Of a stretch of DNA of 64,000 nt, positions 50,488 through 60,231 are shown piece after piece. The stretch spans positions 2,056-66,055 of the forward strand of contig JBNMOQ010000002.1 of NCBI GenBank assembly GCA_051275055.1, in the 5' to 3' direction. Position 1 is the stretch's first letter; the number at the start of each line of letters is the position of its first letter. Position numbers and translations under genes: made by a program. This stretch comes from Candidatus Pelagisphaera sp. Its GTDB lineage: Bacteria; Verrucomicrobiota; Verrucomicrobiia; Opitutales; Opitutaceae. Under the pieces are notes generated by a model. That model saw nothing but the letters and a program-made list of their open reading frames with translations. It was not told where the DNA came from and did not search any database.

Positions 50488-51530
50488 TATTGATTATAAA
50501 ATTCTCGAGCTTGATCGATTTTCGCACGGGTGCGACCGCCCAAAAGTAAATCCCTAGCTTCGGCGACGCCTTCTTGAACGCTCGCATGCCGTCCCGCCAC
50601 GAAAAATGCAGCTGCCGCATTCGCAACGACCGAATCCTCCAACGCAGGCGTTGCTTTGCCATCCAGCAGCTTATTCAAAATAGAAACATTAACATCAACA
50701 TCGCCTCCCTGAAGATCATCCAAACTTCCAGAGCGGATACCCATTTCCTCAGGCGACCAACGCTCATCGACATCGCGAAGCGTCCCGAACCCTCGGGCAA
50801 TATTCGAACCGGCCGCGCTAAACTCGTCCATTCCGCCGCGTTCTCCCAGATCGCAATGCGCGATCAGCCCCGCTTTCAACCCAAGCGCATGCTGAGCCGC
50901 TGCCATCAATTCTACTACCGAATCGCTGAAAACGCCTAATAACTGATAGGAAGGTTTGGCCGGGTTAATCAAAGGCCCAAGAATATTGAAAACTGTTCGC
51001 TGGCCTTTTTTGGCCAAGGCCTGGCGTACGGGAACGATTTCCTTGAATGCCGGATGAAATGCTGGAGCGAACATGAAACAGAAACCCAACTCTTTCATCG
51101 ATTCTTTCAGCAAAGCATCGTCACCCATAATAGTCACCCCCAAGGCCTCCAACAAATTCGAGCTGCCGCACTTCGACGTAATCGAACGATTGCCATGCTT
51201 GAAAACCGGGATGCCAGCCGCCGCGACCACAAAAGTCACCGTCGTACTTATATTGAAAGTATGCTGCTTGTCGCCTCCAGTGCCGCAGACATCGATCGCC
51301 CGGTCTTGCCATTCCTCCAAACCTGGGTCCCTAGCAAGCTCACGATAGCGTTTAGCCAAACCCGCCACCTCCTGGGGAGATTCTCCTTTTTGGGCCAGCT
51401 GGGTCAGAAAATCCGCCTTCGAATCCGCATTAACCTCGCCGGAAGCCAGTATATCAGCAACAGCATACGCTTGATCCTGGGACAAATCCTCTCCTGCAGC
51501 AACGATCGAAAGACATTCCTCTAATTCCAT
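50487..51530 (-). CDS. trpD: Anthranilate phosphoribosyltransferase
   Basis: CGTGGD...FNIST, KHGNRS..SKCGS, RTVFNILGPL.NP; TAATG overlap with glmM. Confidence 0.97.
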   Translation of the reverse strand: MELEECLSIVAAGEDLSQDQAYAVADILASGEVNADSKADFLTQLAQKGESPQEVAGLAKRYRELARDPGLEEWQDRAIDVCGTGGDKQHTFNISTTVTFVVAAAGIPVFKHGNRSITSKCGSSNLLEALGVTIMGDDALLKESMKELGFCFMFAPAFHPAFKEIVPVRQALAKKGQRTVFNILGPLINPAKPSYQLLGVFSDSVVELMAAAQHALGLKAGLIAHCDLGERGGMDEFSAAGSNIARGFGTLRDVDERWSPEEMGIRSGSLDDLQGGDVDVNVSILNKLLDGKATPALEDSVVANAAAAFFVAGRHASVQEGVAEARDLLLGGRTRAKIDQAREFYNQ

Positions 51531-51725
51531 AAAGCAAAAGGATTAAGGTCCCTATTGCCAAAAACAATTCAAAACTCCAAGATGCCGCTTCGCAATTAGG
51601 GTCCAAGGCTCTCCCACCTATTCTCAGCTAAATTCAAACATTAACTTGACGGGCCACATACCGACAGTTAACAAACGCTCCTTTTACAGAACCACGCGTG
51701 AACCCGAGCATAGAACTTTACTAAA

Positions 51726-51905
51726 ATGGCTAATCCAAAACGTAAGCAGTCCAAACGTCGCAGTCGTCTCCGCAGAGGAGCCAATCGCTTCGAAGAGCCA
51801 CAGCTCTCTAAAGATCCCGTGGACGGCAGTGCGTTCCGCCCACACCGCGTCAACCCGAACAACGGGATGTACCGCGGACGTCAAGTGATCGACGCTTCTG
51901 TATAA
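51726..51905 (+). CDS. rpmF: 50S ribosomal protein L32 (absent from ORF track)
   Basis: Translated by hand: MANPKRKQSKRRSRLRR...RPHRVNPNNGMYRGRQV; canonical position upstream of plsX. Confidence 0.95.
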   Translation: MANPKRKQSKRRSRLRRGANRFEEPQLSKDPVDGSAFRPHRVNPNNGMYRGRQVIDASV

Positions 51906-51961
51906 TATAGAAGCACGTTTCGATCGCGCATCAATTCACTCTCTAGGATTTCGATAGAATT

Positions 51962-53014
51962 ATGTCCGACCAGGGTAATGCCTGCATCGCCGTTGATGCT
52001 ATGGGCTCCGACAAAGGGCCGACAGAAATGGTCGCCGCTGTAAAGCTGGCGCTTGATAACGTAACCGATATAGCTCCCGTCATTCTAGTCGGACAGGAGC
52101 CTATACTCGCCCCTCTCGTCGCAGAGGCAGGTCTAGCAGACCATCCGAAGCTCAAAATCCTACACGCTACGCAAGTAGTCGAAATGGGCGACAAACCGCT
52201 CCAGGCAATGAAGCAAAAACGCGACTCGAGCATGGCTCGGGCGATCGAGCTCGTCAAAGATGGCGAAGCTGCGGTGGTCGTTAGTTGCGGAAACACCGGA
52301 ACGCTTATGGCAAGCGGCACGATTCGCCTCCGCACAATGGAAGGAATCGAGCGCCCTGCTCTAGCGACCGTCATGCCACGCCAGAACGGGCATTTCGTTT
52401 TAATCGACGCTGGAGCCAATCCACTCGCGAAAGCCGAACACCTCGTCCACAACGCCGTACTCGGCAGCGATTATTGCAAGCACGTCCTCGGCACCGCGAA
52501 TCCGCGAGTCGGATTAATGACGATCGGAACCGAAGAAGGCAAAGGCAACGAGATCACCAACGCAGCCAACCACCTTCTCAAAAAGCTGCCTGATCTAATA
52601 AATTACCACGGCCCAATCGAAGGTTTCCAACTCTTCGAAGACGTCGTCGATGTCGTTGTTTGCGACGGATTCACCGGCAATGTGGTTCTCAAAACCTGCG
52701 AATCTCTTTTCAAATGCCTTTTCAAGGATTTCCTCGGAGGCGAACTCAAGCAGAACCCACTACGAAAATTTGGCTATCTCTGCTCAAAAGGAGCCTACGA
52801 TACAATTAAAACGCAGCTCAACCCAGACCGCTACGGAGGGGCCCCGCTACTGGGACTAAAAGGAAACATCCTCAAAGCCCACGGGTCCAGCAACCGGGAA
52901 GCAGTGATGAACGCCATTCGAATCGCCAACGAAATCATCAGTGCAGATCTTAATACTCAGATCACCACCGACATCCAAAAGGCTAACCAAATCATCTTTC
53001 CACTGGCAAAGTAA
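51962..53014 (+). CDS. plsX: Phosphate acyltransferase PlsX
   Basis: IAVDAMGSD, SCGNTG, RPAL, DAGAN, DVVVCDGFTGN, GGAPLLGL. Confidence 0.97.
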   Translation: MSDQGNACIAVDAMGSDKGPTEMVAAVKLALDNVTDIAPVILVGQEPILAPLVAEAGLADHPKLKILHATQVVEMGDKPLQAMKQKRDSSMARAIELVKDGEAAVVVSCGNTGTLMASGTIRLRTMEGIERPALATVMPRQNGHFVLIDAGANPLAKAEHLVHNAVLGSDYCKHVLGTANPRVGLMTIGTEEGKGNEITNAANHLLKKLPDLINYHGPIEGFQLFEDVVDVVVCDGFTGNVVLKTCESLFKCLFKDFLGGELKQNPLRKFGYLCSKGAYDTIKTQLNPDRYGGAPLLGLKGNILKAHGSSNREAVMNAIRIANEIISADLNTQITTDIQKANQIIFPLAK

Positions 53015-53072
53015 GCCACCCTTGAATTTGCGGGTTGCCACAAAGCCCTGTCTCAGCATTCAGTCTCAGCTC

Positions 53073-54068
53073 ATGAGTTTAGCGCCACGTTCGGTAGTTA
53101 TAAAAGGTACAGGTTCCTACACGCCTGCAAACATCAAAACCAACGACGACCTCGCTAATCTCGTAGACACTTCCAACGAGTGGATCTTTACCCGCACCGG
53201 CATTAAAGAGCGCCGGATTGCCGACGAAAACGAAAACGCTTCCGATATGGGAGCCAAAGCCGCGACGAGAGCACTCGAAAACGCAGGCTTGGACGTCTCG
53301 GATATCGACATCGTCATCGTAGCGACGATCACTCCCGACATGCCGTTTCCTTCCACGGCCTGCCTCGTCCAAACGAAACTCGGCATCACCAACGCCATGT
53401 GCATGGACATCGAAGCAGCTTGCTCCGGTTTTCTCTACATCATGGAAGTCGCCTCGGCCTTGCTCAAAAGCGGCCGTTACCGCAACGCCCTGATCATTGG
53501 GGCGGAAAAGCTCTCCAGCATTCTCGACTGGCAAGACCGCACGACTTGCGTCCTCTTCGGCGACGGAGCCGGAGCTGCGATTCTCAGCACTTCCAATGAA
53601 GCAGACGTGGGCATCCTAGACTTTCAACTCGGAGCCGACGGAGCCAATGGCGACGTTCTTTACATGCCGGGCGGCGGCTGTGCCCAACCGGCAACAGGAG
53701 CCTCCATAGACAACCGTCTGCATTACCTAAAAATGCGTGGCCGCGAAGTCTTCAAGCTCGCCGTCAAGGTAATGGAACAGGCTGCTAAAGAAATTCTTGA
53801 ACATAATGGTCTCAAATCGGACCAACTGGCATGCGTGATCCCTCACCAAGCCAATATGAGGATCATTGAACTCCTCGCGTCACGCCTCGAAATTCCTATG
53901 GATCGCTTTTATCTCAATCTCGACAAATACGGCAACACCTCAGCTGCATCGATTCCAATCGCCTTGGACGAAGCTCGCAGAGAAGGCCGGATTCGCTCGG
54001 GAGACTTGACTCTTATGGTCGCGTTCGGAGCTGGACTCACTTGGGGAGCCGCCCTCGTCCGCTGCTAG
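53073..54068 (+). CDS. fabH: 3-oxoacyl-ACP synthase III
   Basis: EWIFTRTGIKERR, AACSGF, FGDGAGA, PHQAN, GNTSAAS; ATG 53073. Confidence 0.97.
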   Translation: MSLAPRSVVIKGTGSYTPANIKTNDDLANLVDTSNEWIFTRTGIKERRIADENENASDMGAKAATRALENAGLDVSDIDIVIVATITPDMPFPSTACLVQTKLGITNAMCMDIEAACSGFLYIMEVASALLKSGRYRNALIIGAEKLSSILDWQDRTTCVLFGDGAGAAILSTSNEADVGILDFQLGADGANGDVLYMPGGGCAQPATGASIDNRLHYLKMRGREVFKLAVKVMEQAAKEILEHNGLKSDQLACVIPHQANMRIIELLASRLEIPMDRFYLNLDKYGNTSAASIPIALDEARREGRIRSGDLTLMVAFGAGLTWGAALVRC

Positions 54069-54127
54069 TCTCCAGATCGAAACTAAAGCTTGATACCACT
54101 AACGATAGCCATTTGCCTCCTAAATCC

Positions 54128-55207
54128 ATGTTTCGTCACTTCATTCCCACGCTAGCGCTTTTCCTGCTCACTCTTGGAGCCAACGCAGCAAACCTCTCCT
54201 GGGATCCTGCTAACGGCTACCAGTCCGACGAAGTTGAACTTTCCGGTCTCCTTCCGCAGGAAATCCAAAGAGTACTCGATTGGATGAACTCCGGCCGCAA
54301 AGCCGAAGAAAAGAAAGGCTTCCGGAAGGCCCTGCGCAAATACAAGCGAGTCCACAAGAAGTACCCAAAAAGCCAGTACGCGCCTGAAGCGCTCTACAGA
54401 ACCAGTCAAATCCGCCTCAAGCAAAACAAGATCGACAAAGCCTTCGACGCCTTCGAACTCATCGCCTACGTCTATCCAAGCTTCGGAAGCTTCAACGATA
54501 CAATTGGCGAGATGTACAAGATCGCCGTCCGACGCCAAGAAAACTACCGCGTCAAGATATTCGGAGTCTTTCCCGGCTTCCTCAATTACGACAGAGCTGT
54601 ATCCTACTTCGAGCGTATCGTTGTAATCGCTCCCTACAGCGACTACGCGCCACTTGCATTGATGAATGTAGGTCAGATCTGGGCTAAGCGAAAGAACGAA
54701 ACAATGGCGATCTATTCGCTCGACCGACTCATCACCAACTATCCAAGAAGCTTTCTCACACCCGATGCCTACATCCAGTTGGCAAGTACTCACGCCAGCC
54801 TGGTTCGCGGTCCCTTTTACGACCAGAGAAACACCGAGGATGCCATGACTTTCTTCGACGATTTTCTCATCCAATTCCCCGCCAATAATCGTGTCGGCGA
54901 AGCCGAAGGCGGACTTTACAGTGCGGAAAACGTAATGGCTCTGAGTAAAGTGAAAATCGGCGATTTCTATTTTCACAAACGTGCCAACTTCCACGCAGCC
55001 AAAGTGCTCTACAACGAAGCGATCACCATTGCTCCCAAATCAAGCAGCGCGGATATAGCTCGGGAAAAAATCGCCATGATCGAAGCGAAGGAAAAAAAGC
55101 TCGGCGGCGAACAAGAAGCCGAAGCCGAACGCGAAGCTCCTACAGTTGAAGAATTGGAAAAGAAGGCAGAACAACGAGCGAAACGTAAGGTCTTGGGCAT
55201 TTTCTAG
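54128..55207 (+). CDS. bamD: Outer membrane assembly factor BamD-like TPR protein
   Basis: Signal peptide, TPRs, YDQRNTEDA...F..F...FP motif; ATG 54128. Confidence 0.82.
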   Translation: MFRHFIPTLALFLLTLGANAANLSWDPANGYQSDEVELSGLLPQEIQRVLDWMNSGRKAEEKKGFRKALRKYKRVHKKYPKSQYAPEALYRTSQIRLKQNKIDKAFDAFELIAYVYPSFGSFNDTIGEMYKIAVRRQENYRVKIFGVFPGFLNYDRAVSYFERIVVIAPYSDYAPLALMNVGQIWAKRKNETMAIYSLDRLITNYPRSFLTPDAYIQLASTHASLVRGPFYDQRNTEDAMTFFDDFLIQFPANNRVGEAEGGLYSAENVMALSKVKIGDFYFHKRANFHAAKVLYNEAITIAPKSSSADIAREKIAMIEAKEKKLGGEQEAEAEREAPTVEELEKKAEQRAKRKVLGIF

Positions 55208-55242
55208 ATCTAAGTCGTCTCCGGATCCGTATCAGACTATAC

Positions 55243-55761
55243 ATGCGCCGTTTATTTCCAAGGTACCTTCTACTTGCTTCGCTGGTTTGCCTCTCTGGTT
55301 GCGCCTCGTACCAACTCGGCCAACCTGGAAGTGCTGACGCCTACAAAAGCGTTTTCGTAACGCCGATTCGAAACGAATCAACCTTTCCGATGCTCAAGTC
55401 CTCCTTGACCGCATCGATCCGGAAATCGATCTCAGACACAGGATTCCTTTCAATCGAATCGAAAGAGAATGCTGATACCATTCTTGAAACTCGAGTGGTT
55501 TCGGTAAACCGAGACATCGCCGCCGTTTCCTCAATAGACGTCGGACGCGGGCGCAAATACGAACTCGAATTCGTAACGCTTTGTACGCTCTATCGTAAAA
55601 ATGGTTCTGATTTAGAACCTGTCTTCACCGATCGACGCATCCTCACAAAACAGGATATTTTCGCCGACAGCGGACAAGTAAACGCCGAGCATCAAGCCGG
55701 TCCGGAAATCGCCAGAGCCATTAGTCGACGAATCGCCGAAACGCTCGTCGATACTTGGTAG
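55243..55761 (+). CDS. lptE: LPS assembly lipoprotein LptE
   Basis: Lipobox LSGC followed by YQLG; ADTIL; typical size. Confidence 0.82.
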   Translation: MRRLFPRYLLLASLVCLSGCASYQLGQPGSADAYKSVFVTPIRNESTFPMLKSSLTASIRKSISDTGFLSIESKENADTILETRVVSVNRDIAAVSSIDVGRGRKYELEFVTLCTLYRKNGSDLEPVFTDRRILTKQDIFADSGQVNAEHQAGPEIARAISRRIAETLVDTW

Positions 55762-55825
55762 ACAAACTAAGCTCCGCCGATTTTGAGATCGCAAATCTAT
55801 TCGCTGCAATTCTAATAGGCAGCCA

Positions 55826-56482
55826 ATGGAGCCTTCGATCTTAGCCCCTTCAATGCTAGCAGCCGATCACACGCGGCTAGCTGACGACATCGACGCAGTC
55901 GAAAAACTCGGAGCCCAATGGCTTCATATCGACATCATGGACGGACACTTCGTGCCCAACCTGACCTTTGGCCCGCAAACAGTCGCCGACCTTCGCCCCA
56001 AATCGAAACTTTTTTTCGACGTCCACCTTATGCTGGACAACCCGCAAGACTACATCGAAGCCTTCATTTCCGCAGGAGCCGAACAAGTAACAATTCACGT
56101 CGAGCCTGACTATGATATAACCGCCACCCTCCGACGCATTCGCGAACTCGGAGCCAAACCAGGCATCGTTTTCAATCCGAAAACCGAATGCCAAGCAATC
56201 GAGCCCTACCTAGAAGAAATCGACATAGCGCTCGCCATGACCGTTCAGCCTGGATTCGGCGGACAAGTTTTCGACCAAAGCGTCCTAACCAAGACCGCCC
56301 TGCTCGACCAATGGCGAAATGAACGTGGATTGAATTTTCGAATACAAGTCGATGGCGGCATTAACATCGACACTGCCCGTCAATGCCGCGCCGCCGGAGT
56401 TGATACCTTCGTTGCCGGATCAGCCTTTTTCAAAGCCGAAGACAGAAATGCTTTTCTAAGCGAGATCCAAGCTTTGGACTAA
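55826..56482 (+). CDS. rpe: Ribulose-phosphate 3-epimerase
   Basis: APSMLAAD, HIDIMDGHFVPNLTFG, DVHLM, MTVQPGFGGQ, VDGGI. Confidence 0.97.
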   Translation: MEPSILAPSMLAADHTRLADDIDAVEKLGAQWLHIDIMDGHFVPNLTFGPQTVADLRPKSKLFFDVHLMLDNPQDYIEAFISAGAEQVTIHVEPDYDITATLRRIRELGAKPGIVFNPKTECQAIEPYLEEIDIALAMTVQPGFGGQVFDQSVLTKTALLDQWRNERGLNFRIQVDGGINIDTARQCRAAGVDTFVAGSAFFKAEDRNAFLSEIQALD

Positions 56483-56483
56483 G

Positions 56484-57056
56484 ATGGAAACGCTCCAGCC
56501 CAAACCCAGTTTCAGCGAATCCGATCTCGAAACGATCCTCGTATCCAAAGAACGAATCGATGAGAGGGTCGATTCACTAGCAATCGAAATCTCCAACAGT
56601 TACGCCGGAAAGGACCTCACAGTCGTTTGCGTACTCAGTGGCGCACTTGTTTTTACAGCCGACTTGATACGCAAACTCGACGTCCCGACTCGCCTTGATT
56701 GCATTCGAGCCGACAGCTACGGCAACACTACCGAATCAAACAAACCGCCACGCATCGCCAGCGCCTTGAAAACTGATATCGCCGGAAAACACGTACTCGT
56801 CGTAGACGACATATTGGATACCGGAAAAACGCTCACCGCGATCATCAGCCATCTCGAAGAATTCGAACCCTCTTCGCTCAAAACATGTGTTCTACTCGAT
56901 AAAAAAGAACGCCGCCAAGCCGATATCGAAGCCGACTTCTCAGGATTCGACATTCCCAACGCCTTCGTGGTCGGGTACGGATTGGACTTCGCCGAACACT
57001 ATCGTCACCTACCCTGTATCGGAGCCCTAAAGGTAGAATTCCAATCTCTCCCCTAA
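56484..57056 (+). CDS. hpt: Hypoxanthine phosphoribosyltransferase
   Basis: VLVVDDILDTGKTL, FVVGYGLD....YR.LP. Confidence 0.96.
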   Translation: METLQPKPSFSESDLETILVSKERIDERVDSLAIEISNSYAGKDLTVVCVLSGALVFTADLIRKLDVPTRLDCIRADSYGNTTESNKPPRIASALKTDIAGKHVLVVDDILDTGKTLTAIISHLEEFEPSSLKTCVLLDKKERRQADIEADFSGFDIPNAFVVGYGLDFAEHYRHLPCIGALKVEFQSLP

Positions 57057-57106
57057 AAAGGGAAAACCGCAATTTCGTCAGCTCGCAAAACCAAAGCGCC
57101 CAGTGC

Positions 57107-57146
57107 CCGACCTTATAAATTACAACGTTGTAATCTATAAAGTCGG
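57107..57146. other. 40-bp near-perfect AT-rich palindrome
   Basis: CCGAC-c-TTATA-a-ATTACAACGTTGTAAT-c-TATAA-a-GTCGG; two mismatched pairs. Confidence 0.7.
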
Positions 57147-57228
57147 CGAGCCGAGACCTCTCTCTTCTTAGCTCTCGACGATTTCCAGCGCTTGATCAAC
57201 TCCGTCAAACGCGCTTCCCTGATCGCCA

Positions 57229-58086
57229 ATGATACTGGCGGACAAATGGAAAGACTACGAGATTCTTGAATGCGGCGATGGCATGAAGAAAGAACGTTGG
57301 GGCAACTTTATACTCGTCCGACCCGATCCGCAGGTCATTTGGCCACTCAATTCCTCAGACTGGGGAAAGTATGACGCCTTCTATCACCGGAGCGGCCAAG
57401 GAGGCGGAAAATGGGAATTTCAAACTCAGCTCCCGGAATCATGGAAAATCAACTACCGCAATTCTGTCCTTAAAATTAAGCCTACCGACTTCAAACACAC
57501 CGGCCTTTTCCCCGAGCAAGCAGCCAATTGGGATTGGTTTAGCAATCTAATCAGTAAAGCGAAATCTCCCCCAAAGGTACTCAATCTCTTCGGCTACACT
57601 GGCGGAGCAACCATCGCTGCTGCAGCTGCGGGGGCAAGCGTTTGCCACGTTGACGCAGCTAAAGGAATGGTTGCCTGGTGCCGAGAAAACGCAGCGCTCA
57701 GCAATTTGAGCGATGCGCCAATTCGCTACATCGTCGACGACTGCATGAAATTCGTGGAACGCGAAATTCGCCGCGGCACTCAGTATGATGGAATAATCAT
57801 GGATCCCCCATCGTACGGACGCGGCAAAAAAGGTGAAGTCTGGCAGTTCGATCGCGATCTTTGGAAATTCCTCCAGAAATGCCGTCAGTTGCTAACTCCC
57901 AAGCCGCTCTTTTTTCTGGTCAATGCATACACGACCGGAGTGTCCCCAATTGTCGTTGGCAATCTCGTCAGAGAAACCCTCGGCAATCTAGACGGTACCG
58001 TCACTTCAGGCGAAATAGGAATTCCAATTTCCAAGAGTCTCAATGCGCTTCCCTGTGGCCTTTTCGCCCGTTGGCAACGACGTTAG
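57229..58086 (+). CDS. Class I SAM-dependent methyltransferase (RlmI/RlmK-like)
   Basis: KHTGLFPEQ, LNLFGYTGG, HVDAAK, MDPPSYGRG. Confidence 0.9.
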   Translation: MILADKWKDYEILECGDGMKKERWGNFILVRPDPQVIWPLNSSDWGKYDAFYHRSGQGGGKWEFQTQLPESWKINYRNSVLKIKPTDFKHTGLFPEQAANWDWFSNLISKAKSPPKVLNLFGYTGGATIAAAAAGASVCHVDAAKGMVAWCRENAALSNLSDAPIRYIVDDCMKFVEREIRRGTQYDGIIMDPPSYGRGKKGEVWQFDRDLWKFLQKCRQLLTPKPLFFLVNAYTTGVSPIVVGNLVRETLGNLDGTVTSGEIGIPISKSLNALPCGLFARWQRR

Positions 58087-58237
58087 ATCCGTGGAGCGAG
58101 CAGCGGCGAGTCGTGTCTTGCAAAGACGATTTAATCAAAGGGATTGAGTCTCTAGATGAGAAAAGTAGTATCTTAATCGACAGCAGGAGTTTCTCGAACC
58201 TCCCAATCACTTTCCCTGCCCCGGCAGTCCAGTTTCT

Positions 58238-59101
58238 ATGGCCATGAACAATACCGATTTCGTAGACAGCCGATTTTTCGATTTCTACAACAACATCAGC
58301 TACTCGACTTACCTAGAAGAAAAGCGACGCCTTCAAGTCGAACTCATCAATCTGCAGCACTGGGTCATCAACAACCGCAAACGCGTAGCCCTCGTATTCG
58401 AAGGCCGCGACGCTGCGGGGAAAGGATCGTCAATCAAACGATTCACCGAATACATGATGCCCAAGCATTTCAAGATTGTTGAATTGGGAATTCCCACTCC
58501 CAAAGAATCCAAGAATTGGTTTCGTCGCTACCAAAAACACTTTCCCAAAGAAGGCGAAATCACCTTCTTCGACCGCTCTTGGTACAACCGCGCGCTAATC
58601 GAACCCACAATGGGCTACTGTAGCAAAGCCCAATACAAGTACTTCATGAGCAAAGTTCTGGATTGGGAGGAGAAGCAGATTCAAGATGGATTGATCATAA
58701 TAAAGGTCTACCTCTCCGTATCGAAACATACCCAGTCCTACCGATTCAAAGAACGCCAAGTTCACCCGCTCAAATACTGGAAGTACTCCGCAAACGATCA
58801 GGTTGCCCGAGAACACTGGGACACATTCACGAAATACAAAGAGCAAATGTTTCGAGAGACTTCTTCGCCCCAAAGTCCATGGGCAATTATTAACTCGAAC
58901 AACAAACTAGAGACGCGATTGAAATCTATGCTCTACGTGCTCTCTCAAATTCCTTACAAAGAAAAATTCGATTTCCGTCCGCTCCAAAAGGAAGAGAAAC
59001 GCCAACGCTATTCGATCACCGTCGACGGCGTAGCTTTCAATAATTTGAACTATCGCCAGTTCATGCTGCTTGAGACAATGGCAACGCTCTACAATTCCTA
59101 G
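58238..59101 (+). CDS. ppk2: Polyphosphate kinase 2
   Basis: FEGRDAAGKG (Walker A), FDRSWYNR, SVSK..Q..RF..R...PLK.WK.S. Confidence 0.95.
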   Translation: MAMNNTDFVDSRFFDFYNNISYSTYLEEKRRLQVELINLQHWVINNRKRVALVFEGRDAAGKGSSIKRFTEYMMPKHFKIVELGIPTPKESKNWFRRYQKHFPKEGEITFFDRSWYNRALIEPTMGYCSKAQYKYFMSKVLDWEEKQIQDGLIIIKVYLSVSKHTQSYRFKERQVHPLKYWKYSANDQVAREHWDTFTKYKEQMFRETSSPQSPWAIINSNNKLETRLKSMLYVLSQIPYKEKFDFRPLQKEEKRQRYSITVDGVAFNNLNYRQFMLLETMATLYNS

Positions 59102-59130
59102 CGTAGCTCGCTTTTCTGAGAAAAGCTGAA

Positions 59131-59207
59131 TGGTACACTGTGAGGGAATCGAACCCCCAACCTCCTGATTCGTAGTCAGGTGCTCTATCCAATTGAGCTA
59201 ACAGTGC
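59131..59207 (-). tRNA. tRNA-Arg(ACG)
   Basis: GCACTGTTAGCTCAATTGGATAGAGCACCTGACTACGAATCAGGAGGTTGGGGGTTCGATTCCCTCACAGTGTACCA; 77 nt, anticodon ACG, encoded CCA. Confidence 0.98.
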
Positions 59208-59386
59208 AAACATTCCAGACCGCCAAGGGCGATCAAGGCTCAGGAGAAAAGGATCAATACTGGCCCACTTCAAGGCATTTTTTCGAAAAAACGAAAAAGC
59301 TGCTCCATCCAAAGATAAAGCAGCCCTAAATGACTTCTATTCCTGTCTCCAATCAATGGATCCAGGCTCCTATTCAGGAGAGGTTC

Positions 59387-59761
59387 TTACACTTTCGGCA
59401 AACTTGCCGGGATATCTATTTCATGGGTATCCTTACGTTTCACAATTCTCAAACGCGAGCGACGGCGAAGCATTCGGTCGAGTTTATCCACGAGCAGATC
59501 GATTGCCTTGTGACAATCCGGATCGCTTACTGAAACATTCATACTCGGTCCATTAATTTCGATGTGTCCTTTAGCGATAAATCCGTGCTCCTTACCGTTC
59601 TTCGGACGATCGGCCTCCAATTCAACCTTCACTCTAATTATCCGCTCCTCATGCCTAAAAAGTTTTTCTACCTTTTCAGTGACGCCCTGCTTCAGGGACT
59701 CCGTCAGGTCCATGTGAATACCAGTAATGATCAGATCGTGGTTGTTGGCTTGCATATGCAT
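59387..59761 (-). CDS. hpf: Ribosome hibernation factor HPF/RaiA
   Basis: ITGIHMDLTESLK..V.EK..KL, AIDLLVDKL.R.LRR; RBS AGGAG. Confidence 0.92.
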   Translation of the reverse strand: MHMQANNHDLIITGIHMDLTESLKQGVTEKVEKLFRHEERIIRVKVELEADRPKNGKEHGFIAKGHIEINGPSMNVSVSDPDCHKAIDLLVDKLDRMLRRRSRLRIVKRKDTHEIDIPASLPKV

Positions 59762-59788
59762 AGTTCTCCTTTGTTTTGGTGTTTTTTT

Positions 59789-59922
59789 GATGAAACCACT
59801 ACGCTTCGGTAGCCAGGACCCCGCACTAAGAAAGCGAGACCACTCCAGGCTCTACGCCCAGCTCTATAGCTGGGATCGCGCAGCGCGTTTCGGAAAGTCC
59901 TTTTAATCCCTCGCGATTCATC
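59789..59922 (-). ncRNA. Candidate structured RNA or leader upstream of hpf
   Basis: Manual fold: closing GATGAA/TTCATC, AGGACTTT/GGGGTCCT, and hairpins CGCG, CCCAGCT/AGCTGGG and GCTAC/GTAGT; then an A-rich linker to the RBS. Confidence 0.35.
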
Positions 59923-60231
59923 CGCTGAGAGATCTTCAAATAATCCAATGAATCCAAATCCGAGAGCAGATAAACCAGTCTCCAGATACAAACTTACCCT
60001 ATGTGCGGGAGGTCTGAGAAGGATGGGAAATTCAATCATTGAACGAATAGAGAAGCTACACTCCGGTCCTACTGTTTGCAATCTTTCTAGGACCAAAATC
60101 GCTTCTTTTTTAATCGACCCGAAAAGGCTTCTCCTTGAATGCGAATTACCAAATTCAAGCGCTCCAAAGCCTATCGATACCCACGCTCTCGAAGCTTGCT
60201 TCAACTCCATTCAATCTAACCAATTTAAGCC

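Noticed and set aside
57107-57146. dif site
   Set aside because: Does not match the XerC/XerD 11-6-11 layout; no TTATGTTAAAT-like arm
59131-59207. tRNA-Arg as an island integration site
   Set aside because: No integrase nearby and no duplicate of the tRNA 3' end seen in the window
59892-59900. GGAAAGTCC resembling RNase P RNA P4
   Set aside because: The complementary 3' ACAGAA..CGGCTTA signature is absent and the flanks do not fit
59731-60210. 159-aa minus-strand ORF upstream of hpf
   Set aside because: Overlaps the hpf start out of frame, has no motif, and covers the structured leader region
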